DNA of 64,000 nt from Oopsacas minuta (taxonomy: Eukaryota; Animalia; Porifera), in NCBI GenBank assembly GCA_024704765.1, contig JAKMXF010000044.1, positions 620,001 to 684,000 of the forward strand. The letters run 5' to 3'. Below the pieces are notes generated by a model, which saw nothing but the letters and a program-made list of their open reading frames with translations, made no database searches and had not been told where the DNA came from. The position numbers and the translations under genes are program-made. Shown here piece by piece: positions 12,876 to 24,726 of this stretch; the first letter of the stretch is position 1; every line of letters starts with the position of its first letter.

Positions 12876-14596
12876 GCAAACTGAAAAGCAGAAAAAAATC
12901 AGATCGTTGGTCCAATCGAGTAGAGTTCCTACTCTCTCTAATTGGATTAGCAGTTGGGTTTGGGAATCTATGGCGCTTCTCTTATTACTGTCAAAAGAAC
13001 GGAGGAGGTACTTTCTTATTCCCTTACCTAGTGATATTAGTGACACTTGGAATTCCCCTCTATTATCTTGAGTTGTTGATCGGTAAGGTAACTCAGGTAG
13101 GTCCTCTCCAATCCCTCTATCGATTAGTCCCTCCTTTGGGTGGTATCGGCCTTGCTACAATTGTATTAATGACTATAACTTCGTTATATTATACTCTTCT
13201 AATCACTTACGTTTTCTACTACCTGTTCGCCTCATTTCAAGACCCTCCTGCCTGGGGCAGTACATTCTGTGGGATCAACACGTCTATGCCTGATCGTCTC
13301 CTATCCATAGCATCACAGACATGTCTGAATGAATCCTCTAAGTACTTCTACTATCTCACTGTAGTACAGGCTAGTTCCAGCATCGGAGAGATAGGTAGTT
13401 TCAACTGGAAACTGTTGTTGTTGTTGTTGTTAGCTTCTTGGGTAATCTTGTATCTCTGTACCTTCAATGGTATCAAAACTTCAGGTAAGGTAGTTTACGT
13501 TACAGCTACACTGCTATATATTGTACTCACGATAATGTTCTTCAGAGGAGTCACTCTCCCTGGTGCAGGAAGTGGGCTGGCGGAGCTCTTCACACCTAGA
13601 ATCGAGAGTCTGTACTCCCACAAGTCTGGCTTGAAGCTGGGGGACAAATATTCTTCAGTTTGGGTCTAGGTTTCGGAGGTAATATCCTATTAGCTTCCCA
13701 TTTGGATCAAAACGCGAATGTGTTTGGAGATGCATTATTTGTATCAATTGTCAATTCTCTAACTTCTATCTTTGCTAGCATAGTAGTAATCAGTGTTCTA
13801 GGATATCGGAGCTACATTCTAGGTACCAGTGTGAGTGATATTGCAGGTGGTCCGGGTTTGGTGTTTATCATATTTGCTTCTGCTCTTCTTCAAATGCTCT
13901 CAGTCCTCTCTGGAGCGTTCTATTCTTTGTCATGATGTTATCTCTAGGTCTTGATTCCATGTTTGCAAGTATTGATTCCTTAGTTCAAGCAGCATTCTCC
14001 TTACCATATGTTATAAGGCTACACAAGAGGCTGGTAACTGCCATTATCTGCTGTAGTTTTTTTGTAGTGAGTGTAATATTCACTTTTGGAAACGGTTTAT
14101 ATATCTTTCAGCTGATTGACCAGTTCTCGGGTTCCTTCGCTGTATTTATACGCGCATTCTTTGAGCTTATTGGTATCAGCTGGTTCTATGGCGTTAAAAA
14201 GCTGCTAGTGGGAGAAATGACAGTAAACCAACAGGCAGACAATATTTCAAATCTCTCAAAGATAATCATTACTTTAAGTCTATTTCTCTCTGGATATGGC
14301 GCATTTTATGGATAGTAGTGTGTCCAGTCATCATGACTATAATATTTGTTGGGAGTTGTATATCCCAGCTGATCTCCAGTATCCAGTATACACGTTTCTC
14401 CAACTTAACCGAATTAAGCACTCCATATCTTATCTGGGGCTCTTTTCTTGGAGCATGCATTATCAGTGCAACAATTATACCTATACCCATATTTTTCTGT
14501 TATAAGTACAAATGGACAACAATTGCAGAATCATTTAAGAAACTTACAAATAAGATTTACTCGCCTTCAATTAGAAGAGACACGAGAGTCCCCTGA
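12734..14596 (+). pseudogene. SLC6 (Na+/Cl-:neurotransmitter symporter) gene interrupted by three -1 frameshifts
   Basis: GLAVGFGNLWRF, NGGGTFLFPY, TSGKVVYVTA, QIFFSLGLGFG, GGPGLVF and LGLDSMF lie in four consecutive frames (12734, 13660, 13932, 14318). Frameshifts near 13618, 13897 and 14280. Either a pseudogene or sequencing indels. Confidence 0.85.
12836..12874 (+). repeat. (AAT)13 coding microsatellite (poly-Asn) in the SLC6 N-terminus
   Basis: Direct reading of the sequence. Confidence 0.95.
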
Positions 14597-15712
14597 AAGA
14601 TTACTTGAGACCTTCAGTCAGGTTGAAATCAAAACTTTGTTAAAGGAATATATGGTATAATTTTATAAATTTATGTGTGTGTATGCAGTTAATTCCGCAT
14701 ATTTACAACACTGGCAGCTTGTCAAAAGGTGATACATTGTCAAGTCAGGTCTGGTAAGGGAATACGTATATCGAATTTTCACCTTCCACTGGTGTACCGT
14801 GTACGCATTATAACTACAAGCAGGACATGACGTAGGCTTAACCGAATACTGCTGGGAAATGTGTGATTTTACGAGTATTGGTTAAAACGAAGTAATTAAA
14901 TTTTAGTATTCCTTTTCATACGAACCTAAACTTCAGCTGTAATCAGTTAATACCTTTCTTCAAAAGTATAGTTATTGACTTATTTGTAGATAGCTGTTCT
15001 AAACATAAACAATTATCCTATATAATTCTACTAAACCTTAATAATTACACGTACGTACAACTAATTCAGCAAGATTGAACCGGCTCAAACCTAATATTAT
15101 TAAGCATCAGCCTTACCGAATACTGATACAAATACGTACTTCATTCTGTTAAGAGATAATTAATAACCGTATTATTATCAGGACCCATGGGGTCCGTTAC
15201 GCTACAAGTTAACCCAACAAAATACAGAAAACTGTTTTAATCAACCGAATATACATCGAATACTACGCATATATTAAACAGTAGCGTCGAGGGTGGGGTC
15301 CCTATATTATGACTCTCTTTTCCAGATACTTGTCAGACATTCTGAACTTTTTAAAAGCGTTCTATAATCAATACAAACCTCCATGCGTATATTCAATATT
15401 TTTAGTGATTTGTATACTTGCCAAGCCAAAACCTATTTGTGTCATATCCTGTATTGAGCTCTTATTTCTCCTTCGCATTGGCCCTATACACCCACAGGAT
15501 CTTTACTCGCTCCATGCCCTCGCGTTCAGAGAATCAATACACGCGTGAATATATAAATAAACTAAGTAATGCGTAATGCAGAACATATGCATGGCCTCTT
15601 TAATACGTAAATAGTGAATAAAATCATTTTTATCAATGCGTACTCAAATATAGTTGACATATATCAAAATAATAATTCTGAATATAGAAAAACTAAAAGT
15701 AGATTGTACTGG

Positions 15713-15965
15713 TGTGGTAGTGTCATGTGTCCTCCCTAAATTCTGTCCCCCCGGACTAGTGACACTAGGGCAAGGAGTCCCGCCGACGAATGGCACTAGT
15801 GTGGAGTGTCCCCCCGGACCTCTGGCACTAGGGTAAGTAGTCCCCACTTTGGGTCAGATGTCCCCCGGACTACTGACCCTAGTGCCAGAGGTCCGGGGGA
15901 CATATCACCCTAGTGCCACAAGTCCGGGGGGACAGCTCACCCGGAGGACCACTGCCCCTCTGACA
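15713..15965. mobile_element. GC-rich non-autonomous element with TGT...ACA ends and internal direct/inverted repeats
   Basis: Recurrent GTCCCCCCGGAC and CCCTAGTGCCA/TGGCACTAGGG motifs in both orientations; TGTCA at 15721 and TGACA at 15961-65; TSD not preserved. Confidence 0.55.
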
Positions 15966-16577
15966 GCCCAGAAGTCTGCTAATCCATGTATGCTTGAATA
16001 AGAATTGTTTGATTTACACACAAAATGTACATGCTTTGGGGGTTAGAGAGCTGTAACCAAACGAGGGGGCTCGAGCACTCCAGGGGTTCGGCGCCTATGA
16101 CAGAGGGTCTTCTTCGCGTCAATAATAAAAGCTTATTAGTGAAATATTCTTGCTGTTTCCGCCGCACCTGGCGCATAGGTTCCTACTGTGCAGATGAGCT
16201 GCTTATCTCACTTATCGGCCTGATTATTTGAAAATTTCTCGCCGATTATTTGCTTGTTAATTAAAATACATAATAACCTTCTTCAAACTCCATACCAGAC
16301 TATGTAATTGATAACATGGCCGGCGGAGCCAGTACGGCAGATGCGGCCATGGCCGGACCAATAAAAATTTGCTTCCGCCCGGTCTGATTAATTATGGCAT
16401 ATTATTTCTGAGCACACATTAAACACATTAAACTCTTAATTAGTTCACGAAAACAAATTTAAGAATATGGTATAAATTATTGTACATCTCTAAATATACA
16501 CTAAGAATCAAGGGGGGACATAATAATTGGTACATTCGATGTAGATGATCTCAAAATATTAAGTTCACTTTGCACTT

Positions 16578-19500
16578 TCACTTCATCTTTGCTTCATCTG
16601 TAATATCTTTTCTGTATTGATCGACAATCTTTTTGATTGACTTATTTGGACGGAGATCTTCTTCTTTCAGGGGTAAAAATGAGAAAGGATCATACTCGCA
16701 TCCACTCTTGATATGACTTTCAATTGCTTCCCTTTCATATGTTTCTCCTTCATTATTATTACATGGATCCACAAACAGCTCACCTGTTAGGGGACATACA
16801 TAGTCTGATTGATACATATCGCCGTCATAACTTTCAGCCTTCATTAAAATCTTCATTTTCAGATCAATTGTAGTTTTATATTGTTTAGCGTGCTTTGCCG
16901 TATAAGCCCTAGCATTAGCCGTGTACATATTAGGATTGAATTTTAGTTCAGTTGCTTTCACTGTGTCTAATGGATCGTCAGGTGCTGGATCCAGTAATAA
17001 TCCATAGACGTAATTCAAAATTTCTTTGAGTCGGATTCCCGGAGTGTAATATCGGTCTAATATTGAGTGACATACCTTCCCTGCTTGGTTTATATTGCAA
17101 TGATATATCGGAGTTATAAAGCGAATATTTGGTGGTTTAGATGGGTATTTGTCTGTGAACTCTATGAATAGGTGGAATATTCCGCCTTCATAACAAGTAT
17201 GGCTAGGTCCAGTCAAAATTAATTGCCAAAAGTCAATACTTTCTTCACAAGGAAATATTTGGAAACTTTCATGAGGTTCAGTAGCATAATACGCAAGTTC
17301 TTGTAGCAGTCGTTTTGTGTGAGTTACAGTATACACAATCTTACCTAAATGCTTCTGTCTCATGGCATATGTTAGACATTTATGCATCGTAATTGAAGGT
17401 TTTTCAAGTTTTTCAGGGGTTACATGCTCAGTGGTTTCATCGAAACTTGATGATATGTCATTCGTTAACCAACCATCACATAGTTGCTCAGTATTTAGCC
17501 CAGTCAAAAGTTGCATCATTGACATTGTATGTGAGAATTGTATATCAGCTTTATTGACCTTTCCTTTGGATTGTAATAATACAGGATCCGAATCATCACA
17601 GGGAGACAACAAGGACTTAACTTGTTTCCTCATACTTAATGTTAGCATTGGTTCATTTTCAAATATGGCCAATAGTTCTGCACATGATTTTGGCCGAAAT
17701 GAATATCCTCCAGAAGCTTTCGCTATATAATGAGTATAAGTTAACTCATTGGAGAGAATTACTGTGTCCATGATTATTCTGTGTTTGAGTAGCATGTTTG
17801 TAGCTTGCTCTGCTGTTAATTTAGACGAGTTATCATCTCCATCAGTAAGACACAGTATCCTTTTCTGTACATGAGAATACTGAGGATAAGATAAATCAAA
17901 TCCGTGAAACTCCTGAATAGCAAAATTTATAGCTTTATAAATTGCAGTCATTTGACCCGAAGGAAAGGAAGTAAATTTGTCAGAAAATTCTTTTATATTT
18001 TCTGAGATTGGATATTCGAGGGTAGAATTTTCTGTGAACAGGACTAATCCTATTGCATGTTTCAAATCGTAAGCATTTGTCCGATCTGAGAAGGCGATGA
18101 AAGCTTCAATCACAGCTTCACATCTTGTTTTGCCATTTTCATATTCATGTTTCATTGAACCACTAGTATCTAGCAATACAAGAGTAACTTCTTCGGGATC
18201 CCTCGTAAGCCTACCCATATCATCCCTAGGTTTCCTATTGCACTGCTTTAGGATATCCATACATTTCGGAGGATTGCTTTTTAATACTTTATCAAGTATA
18301 TCTACATCAAATAGATTTTCTTTACCAGTTAATACATCAAAATAAATATAATTCCTGCTTCCATCTTTCGCATCACTAATGTAAACTCCTATTTCAACAT
18401 TATTTATGGGCAACATTGCTGGTGGGGTGCATTCAGATGATTTTACAAGTAATGGTGCCTGAATACAAAGTGGTGGATAGTTTTTAAACTCGATAGTAAG
18501 TTGTTTCCACTCAGGTGTTAAATCAACGCCACAAGGATGCATTTGCACACGTTTCCACACAACAGCTTCATCTGTTAAAAAAGATGTAGTTAATCTTTTA
18601 AACCAAAGAGTTATTTCTGCATTTTCTTTTTCCCCCTTATAATATTTTTTGTCAATTATATGTTTTCCTGGAGAATTTGTTACAGCCAAAGGATTTTCTA
18701 ATTTTTTACCTGATGCATTGTCAATTAGGCTGATTGTTTCGAAATTCTCTGTATTTCCATGGTACACCTCAGCTCTCGATATCAAAAAAGCCCAGAATAA
18801 GTTAGTATACTCTGCTACCTCACTGTCTTGAACCACTGCTCCTATAAATCCCTTTTCCTTGTATTGTTTAGGTTTGATGTTTTGAAAAAGATGCATCAGG
18901 ACTTCTGTTATTGCAGCTATATGGGGTAAAGTTATATTTATCTTTGAGAACAATAAATATAGAGAATGGATTAGAGGAGGACAACCAGTGATACTTCTTA
19001 TATGCCCCAGCGTCTCTAAACATAATCTGTCATTGTTGTTTTCATACATCCAATCAGAAAGTGAATAGAGACAACTGAAGAATTGGCTTATTCCGTATTT
19101 ACTTTGCTGATTGTGCCAGCATGGGTGGTATTGTACGAAACTAAAATTATTACACCATAAAGATTCCCAAAATTCTTGTGGTGTAAAGAATTCTATGACT
19201 GAGCCTTTAATGATTGGTACATTTAGGGTACTCAATGAATGGTCAGTTGTTGGTTTAAATATCAATTCATTATTTGCTTTAATCTGAATTAGATGTGCAG
19301 GTATTCCTGTTATTTCTTGTATACTATTACACAACTCATAGTAGGTTCCTTTACAACAATTTGTTTTGATTGTATAATCAATAGTTAGGACATGTACCTT
19401 GTCCTTTCCTTTCGGTAACTTATTAGTTGTATGCATAATCTGACAATCTGTGTATATCTTAGGACGAGGTATAGCGTATAGCAATCGATTATCGTTATAT

Positions 19501-19790
19501 TCTTCTAAGCACCAGTCAGATAGTTTGCGTATATATGCCCCTGGGTAAGTAGCAAGAGGATAGCCTTCACAGCTGTACAATTCTACTGTCAGTTCTTCTC
19601 CTAAGATATCTCTTTCCCGTATGCAAATCATATTTACTAAATCATAATAACGTAATTCAGTCGTATTAATGGAGCTAATAACGTTGAGAGGTGGCTGAAG
19701 AGTTGTGAAGAGTTGATAATTGATATCCATCTTTAATCTCTTTGATTGCAGCCTCGACAGTTCTTCGATATCTTCTTCGATGGTAGGCTT
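16578..19790 (-). CDS. Paralogue 1, main exon: 2x Ubl-like - helical - vWA - UBC (E2) - U-box
   Basis: vWA LLDTSGSM...TAIYKAI...CLTDG; E2 PPNIRFITPIYHCNINQAGKVCHSIL; U-box VCPLTGELFVDP...GETYEREAI. The frame stays open 60 nt upstream of the track ATG (19730) to a phase-0 acceptor TATAATTTAG at 19791-92. Confidence 0.9.
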   Translation of the reverse strand, partial: KPTIEEDIEELSRLQSKRLKMDINYQLFTTLQPPLNVISSINTTELRYYDLVNMICIRERDILGEELTVELYSCEGYPLATYPGAYIRKLSDWCLEEYNDNRLLYAIPRPKIYTDCQIMHTTNKLPKGKDKVHVLTIDYTIKTNCCKGTYYELCNSIQEITGIPAHLIQIKANNELIFKPTTDHSLSTLNVPIIKGSVIEFFTPQEFWESLWCNNFSFVQYHPCWHNQQSKYGISQFFSCLYSLSDWMYENNNDRLCLETLGHIRSITGCPPLIHSLYLLFSKINITLPHIAAITEVLMHLFQNIKPKQYKEKGFIGAVVQDSEVAEYTNLFWAFLISRAEVYHGNTENFETISLIDNASGKKLENPLAVTNSPGKHIIDKKYYKGEKENAEITLWFKRLTTSFLTDEAVVWKRVQMHPCGVDLTPEWKQLTIEFKNYPPLCIQAPLLVKSSECTPPAMLPINNVEIGVYISDAKDGSRNYIYFDVLTGKENLFDVDILDKVLKSNPPKCMDILKQCNRKPRDDMGRLTRDPEEVTLVLLDTSGSMKHEYENGKTRCEAVIEAFIAFSDRTNAYDLKHAIGLVLFTENSTLEYPISENIKEFSDKFTSFPSGQMTAIYKAINFAIQEFHGFDLSYPQYSHVQKRILCLTDGDDNSSKLTAEQATNMLLKHRIIMDTVILSNELTYTHYIAKASGGYSFRPKSCAELLAIFENEPMLTLSMRKQVKSLLSPCDDSDPVLLQSKGKVNKADIQFSHTMSMMQLLTGLNTEQLCDGWLTNDISSSFDETTEHVTPEKLEKPSITMHKCLTYAMRQKHLGKIVYTVTHTKRLLQELAYYATEPHESFQIFPCEESIDFWQLILTGPSHTCYEGGIFHLFIEFTDKYPSKPPNIRFITPIYHCNINQAGKVCHSILDRYYTPGIRLKEILNYVYGLLLDPAPDDPLDTVKATELKFNPNMYTANARAYTAKHAKQYKTTIDLKMKILMKAESYDGDMYQSDYVCPLTGELFVDPCNNNEGETYEREAIESHIKSGCEYDPFSFLPLKEEDLRPNKSIKKIVDQYRKDITDEAKMK

Positions 19791-20795
19791 CTAAATTATA
19801 AGGATCAGCGAGAAATCAATGCATCTATATCAGTAGTTCTAACCGGTGTGACACGGCCCACTTGTGTGTCTCAGAAACTTTTTAAGCGGGCCACACTAAA
19901 GTCACTAATATACTGTCCAACCCTCCCGATTTCGTTTGCCAATCCTGACTCCCGACGCAAGTCCCGTCGGGAGCTATATAAACCCGATTTGGCGTATTAT
20001 CTCCCCATTCAATCCGATATTCTACATTGTTAATTCAATATAGATAGTCGTTAATAGTATTGTATGGATAATGAGGGATATTTAATTAAAATATGGGAGT
20101 CAACAGTTGTCATTATGTACTGATTTCTGATTATATATGATTTGACAACATATTATTATTGGCTAATAGTAATAATTACTTAGAAATTCGAATATAGCTA
20201 TCTACAAAACTGATTTTCCATATTCTGTCATAAATAATATAGCACAAATTCAAATTTGTTTACTATACGCGTATATTCATAAAAACAACAAATAAATGTA
20301 AATATGATTAATTCAAAAGTGAAAATTATATTTAGTATAGTTTATAGTATAGTTTGCTGTTTAGTATAGTATAGTATCAATCCTCTCCTTGACAACTGAC
20401 AAACAGACAGACAAAAAAATGCAATTTCATAATATAGATTTCCAAAGAATCACCTATGTATCTATACTATTCAAAAGTAATTTAGAGAGAAGTTACGATC
20501 TTTGCAAACACATTAACAAAAATTATGATGTAATTTTCATCCTTTTGAATATCGAAAATCACATTATCACACATTACTCAGCCAACATAAATGATAGAAG
20601 ATTGAAAGTTCATCATAGGCGCCCCTCAACACACCAAATGTACCGATGTCACGGTTTTACCAATTGCAAAAATCATTGGAATATTATGTCATCATTATTA
20701 TACAAAAATTAGCAAATAACATTGCAAAATTTCTGCTAGTAAGTATTCATGTGTAATTACAAAATACATTAAATTCAATCTATTAATTAACTCAC

Positions 20796-20999
20796 TTTAT
20801 AATTCTCTACCATCTTCATGAAACGATTTGCCTCTAATAATGACATTCCAATATCATTGGTCAATACATCTTTGTCTACCCCATCCAGTATATCTATTAC
20901 ATCGTGCGCGCCTTGGTTCTTGAAATTGGCGAAATATTTCCCAAAATTGTGATTTTTTAAGAATATGAATAACTCATTGTCGCTGTTTTTCGATGCCAT
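20796..20999 (-). CDS. Paralogue 1, exon 1: SAM domain
   Basis: MASKNSDNELFIFLKNHNFGKYFANFKNQ...DIGMSLLEANRFMK has the SAM pattern and ends at a canonical GTGAGT phase-0 donor (20795), in frame with the 19790 exon (~1138 aa total). Confidence 0.8.
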
Positions 21000-21702
21000 A
21001 AATATGTATGAAATAATCAAATCAATGAACAAAGTGTAGTTAGTGCCTAACAGAGTATAATGTGTCGTTATATATGCAAATTATGAATAGGCTGAATAAT
21101 ATGATACTCACTTCAATTTGGGGTCAGGATCACATTCAAGATACTAATTATATTACTTCAGTTTACTATGATTATAGGTGGATAGAGGGGTGTTCAGAGC
21201 TAAGAATTTCAGAGGCATTGTGGCTTACCCAGCATCTCTGATGAGTATGTAATAACAAGTTACTGTGAATATCACTGTTAGCTCCATAATAAGATAGGAA
21301 TTAATATTCTCTGGACAGCGTTGTATATACTAGTAGTAAGTATTGATAGGGACCACATAATTTGCACCAATTTTTTTTAGGGCTACTAGAACTCAGAAAT
21401 TATTCGAGATATCACAAGTTGGTCTTAGACCACTAGTCTTGGCTTGTTTAACCAAAATTACGAGCTTTTGCTCTAGTAACTTTAAAATGATTAGGCCGCA
21501 TGGGACGCGTAGTTACTGGAAGAGACCGGGGCCTGATCATTGGCTGTACCGTTCTGAGTATTTCCCCGAGCTGCCGCCACACATTAATCCGCACCTGGAT
21601 ATATACTATAGTATCAATTGGAATAAGCTGGTACGAGTTGATTGGTAATTATATCCGGAACTTTAAGGGAAAAATGGGTGTCGTTGCCAGTGTAGCAGTG
21701 GA

Positions 21703-22035
21703 CTAGCTCAGAATATGTAGGGTATAATCAGAGTTAGGATAGATTATACTCTCTGCCTTTATCATGTTATGTGCAAAGTGTGAGGTGTCTGGTGTCATCT
21801 ATGTATTCATAAAAGCCCGCCATACACAATGCAAAATTGTTGCATGAAAACGCAACATAACATTGTTGCACCATGTAAATTACTTTCTTGTATGCAACAA
21901 ATTTGCATCGCTTATGGCGGGCTTTTATGAATACACAGATGACACCAGACGCCCCACACTTTTGCACATAACATAATAAAAGCAGAGAGTATAATCTGTC
22001 CTAACCCTGATTATACCCTGTATATTCTGAGCTAG
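21703..22035. mobile_element. Foldback element, ~143-bp imperfect inverted arms
   Basis: CTAGCTCAGAATATGTAGGGTATAATCAG... versus ...CTGATTATACCCTGTATATTCTGAGCTAG; arms ~21703-21845 and ~21892-22035. Confidence 0.85.
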
Positions 22036-23621
22036 CCCCCCTCATACCCGGGGTTAAACTGGGTGGGGAGGTTAATCTAAGCTGTTACACCGGCACTGTA
22101 GCCACCCCTTTACATAAATTATATCCAATTATTAAACAATTTTGGGAATCTATAAATTCCCAAAATTCTTGGATAATTGGATATAATTTTATTAAATTGC
22201 TATTTTTGTCTGTTTGTTTGTCTGTTGTCAAGGAAAGGATTTATGGAATGTTGTTTTGAATTCAAATTTCTCAATTCTGAGATGTCACATAATTATCTAC
22301 TTACCGTCAGGGGGCGGATGGCAGAAAAGCTGGTGGGGGAAATAATTATCCAGCTGGGGTTCTGGGATCGCTGTAAGCCCCCCAGTGGGGTCCAGGCCAT
22401 ATTTACTATCACTTAAGTTGTCTTTCTACTGTCAAGTAACTTCGAAACTCGAAATTAACAAAGTTATGTTTAAAATTTGTTTTAAACTGCACGAACGTAT
22501 CATAATATATTTGTGTTGTTGTCTTTGCTCTTATTAATTGTACATACTCAGCGTTACAGCTCACACTCTTCCGTCGTAGATCAATACAAGGTAATAATCT
22601 GAGAATTGTCAAATATAATCATATATTGAGGATAAAATGCGAGCGAAGCGAGCAGAAAATTTCTTGGTTTGCATTTGTTGAATTGTTTCTGTGTATTGAC
22701 AAATATTTTCAGTATCATTATGATTCCATATCATGTATATTTAATTATTTATCCTGGTGGGGGATGCATCCCCACATCTCCCCATAGATCTACTCATGCT
22801 TACCATGCTTACCAACAAAATATACATAATTCAACAAAACTTGGCTAAATACCACGAATATGCTGAATCCGATTTTCACACTGTTGAATTTATCATATGT
22901 AAATTTATTTGTTATATTATGAATATAAAGTAAACAAATAGTTGAAATCTGTAAATATAGGTAGAGACTTGCTCTTAATGTCTGCAATGGTGTAACAAAG
23001 TACTCTGATTCCGAATTTCATACTCTCAAGGTACTCGTGTGTAATTCATAACAGTATATAATGGATATAGTGATAACGCTGGGGTACAAATATTTGGGCC
23101 AATATATCACTACGTATATCCAATACATTTTGTATGGGATAAAAAACAGTAAAAACAGTTCTTCCAGAGGGTGAGGGTGATAATTTGTATTCGCAACTTG
23201 TGGAGTGTTTTCTAGCCTATCAATGAACCTTAATTCCCTGAAAAATCGAAACACGGTCAATCATATGTTGATTACTGTTTTCTAAACAAAGTATTCTATA
23301 TCAATTAATTTACGAGCAGTACGAGCGAGCTGGAAGAATATTCTCACACTCCATGCCGTGAACAGGCCCTGAGATGACGCTCCAAGGGGCCTCCAAAATC
23401 TATATTTCATCGAATAATCATCACAGTAATTGGGTAATATCGCTAATATGTACTTATTCCCTACGGGAAAGTGGATGCTTTTAGAGTGGAATTTAATAAA
23501 TAATGTGATGCAATCCAGCCTTTCCTGAAATAAACCAAACAGTTTCCTACTTTTATTTGGTATATGCGTGTACATATTTTCCTATTTTGGCTATCCATTA
23601 ATTTTCAATATGTATATAGCA

Positions 23622-23831
23622 ATGTCTTCCTCTGACAGCGAAATAACTGAGTTCCTTAATAAGCTAAAGTTACTCAAATACAAAGATAAGTTTAGAGAAG
23701 ATGGTCCTCATTATGTTGAGAATGTTGGAGACTTTATTCGTTTTCTTTCAGAACTGAATTTATTAAAAGAAATTGGTATGACTGTTTTCGAAGTTAACAG
23801 ATTCAAAAGACTTTGTGAAAAAACAATTGAG
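23622..23831 (+). CDS. Paralogue 2, exon 1: SAM domain
   Basis: MSSSDSEITEFLNKLKLLKYKDKFRED...EIGMTVFEVNRFKRL is SAM-like and similar to the paralogue 1 exon. Probable phase-0 donor GT at 23832 (GTTGAG, weak). Confidence 0.7.
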
Positions 23832-24726
23832 GTTGAGTTTATTACTTAGATACAAACAAACGCGAATAAATTTAATTAAGTTAAAGTACAGTAACCTTTA
23901 TATGTGGATGTATAAGTTCCCAGGAAAGCCAAAATATGAAGGCAGCTTTGATTAATGATTATAGCTTCAGCCCGATTAATACAGCTGTTGATCCTATTAA
24001 ATTTATACTTTTTGTTTGATTCTGTTAACAGCCAAGTTACCTAAATCAACTGGTAGCTCAATATGGCGGGGTTTTGAAATACTTAACCTCTTCATTTGTC
24101 CTTCAATATATTGCAATTCATTGCAATCACTTACAGTACGTAATGAATATATTCATATTTTGTTCGTTGATTCTTGTGCCCGTTTACAGTATACTCCATA
24201 CAATATTTATTGAATATAGTGATATATTGGTTATAGTGATATTTTGGCCCAAATATCTGTGTTCCCAGTGTTATCACTATATCTATTATATATTGTAAAG
24301 AGTTCAAACGGCGATCCATCATTGCGTTTTAGTTAAGGTATTTTGTAACTTACTTGAGTAATATCTAAATCATTTTAGTAAAATCTTATTTTGCTGTCTG
24401 TTTGTCCTTTCGTTTGTTTGTTTGTTCTTTCGTCGTCAAGGAAAGTATTTATAGTATGCTATTTGATTTTTAATTTCGCAATCCTGTCTATTTCGCACTG
24501 TAAGTTATCGTGTTTACTGTTAATTAAATAATATCAAATATACTGAATACAACTCTATTGAAACGATAATATGAATATTTTCAGTTAATTTTTTGAAATG
24601 TAAATAAAATTTAAATTATTAGTAGAGTTTACAGAAAAAATGGAGATTTCCAGATCTACTATTCCATCTGGAAATTTCGTGTAGAATTGGATAATTCATA
24701 TATTTCAATTCTAATATATTCCAAAG

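Noticed and set aside
20389-20712. 107-aa ORF inside the paralogue 1 intron
   Set aside because: It starts with TTG inside a Helitron-like repeat, and no recognisable domain was found.
20787-23849. Two independent SAM-only genes
   Set aside because: In-phase splice sites and the fused SAM in paralogue 3 favour first exons; SAM-only isoforms are kept only as a possibility.
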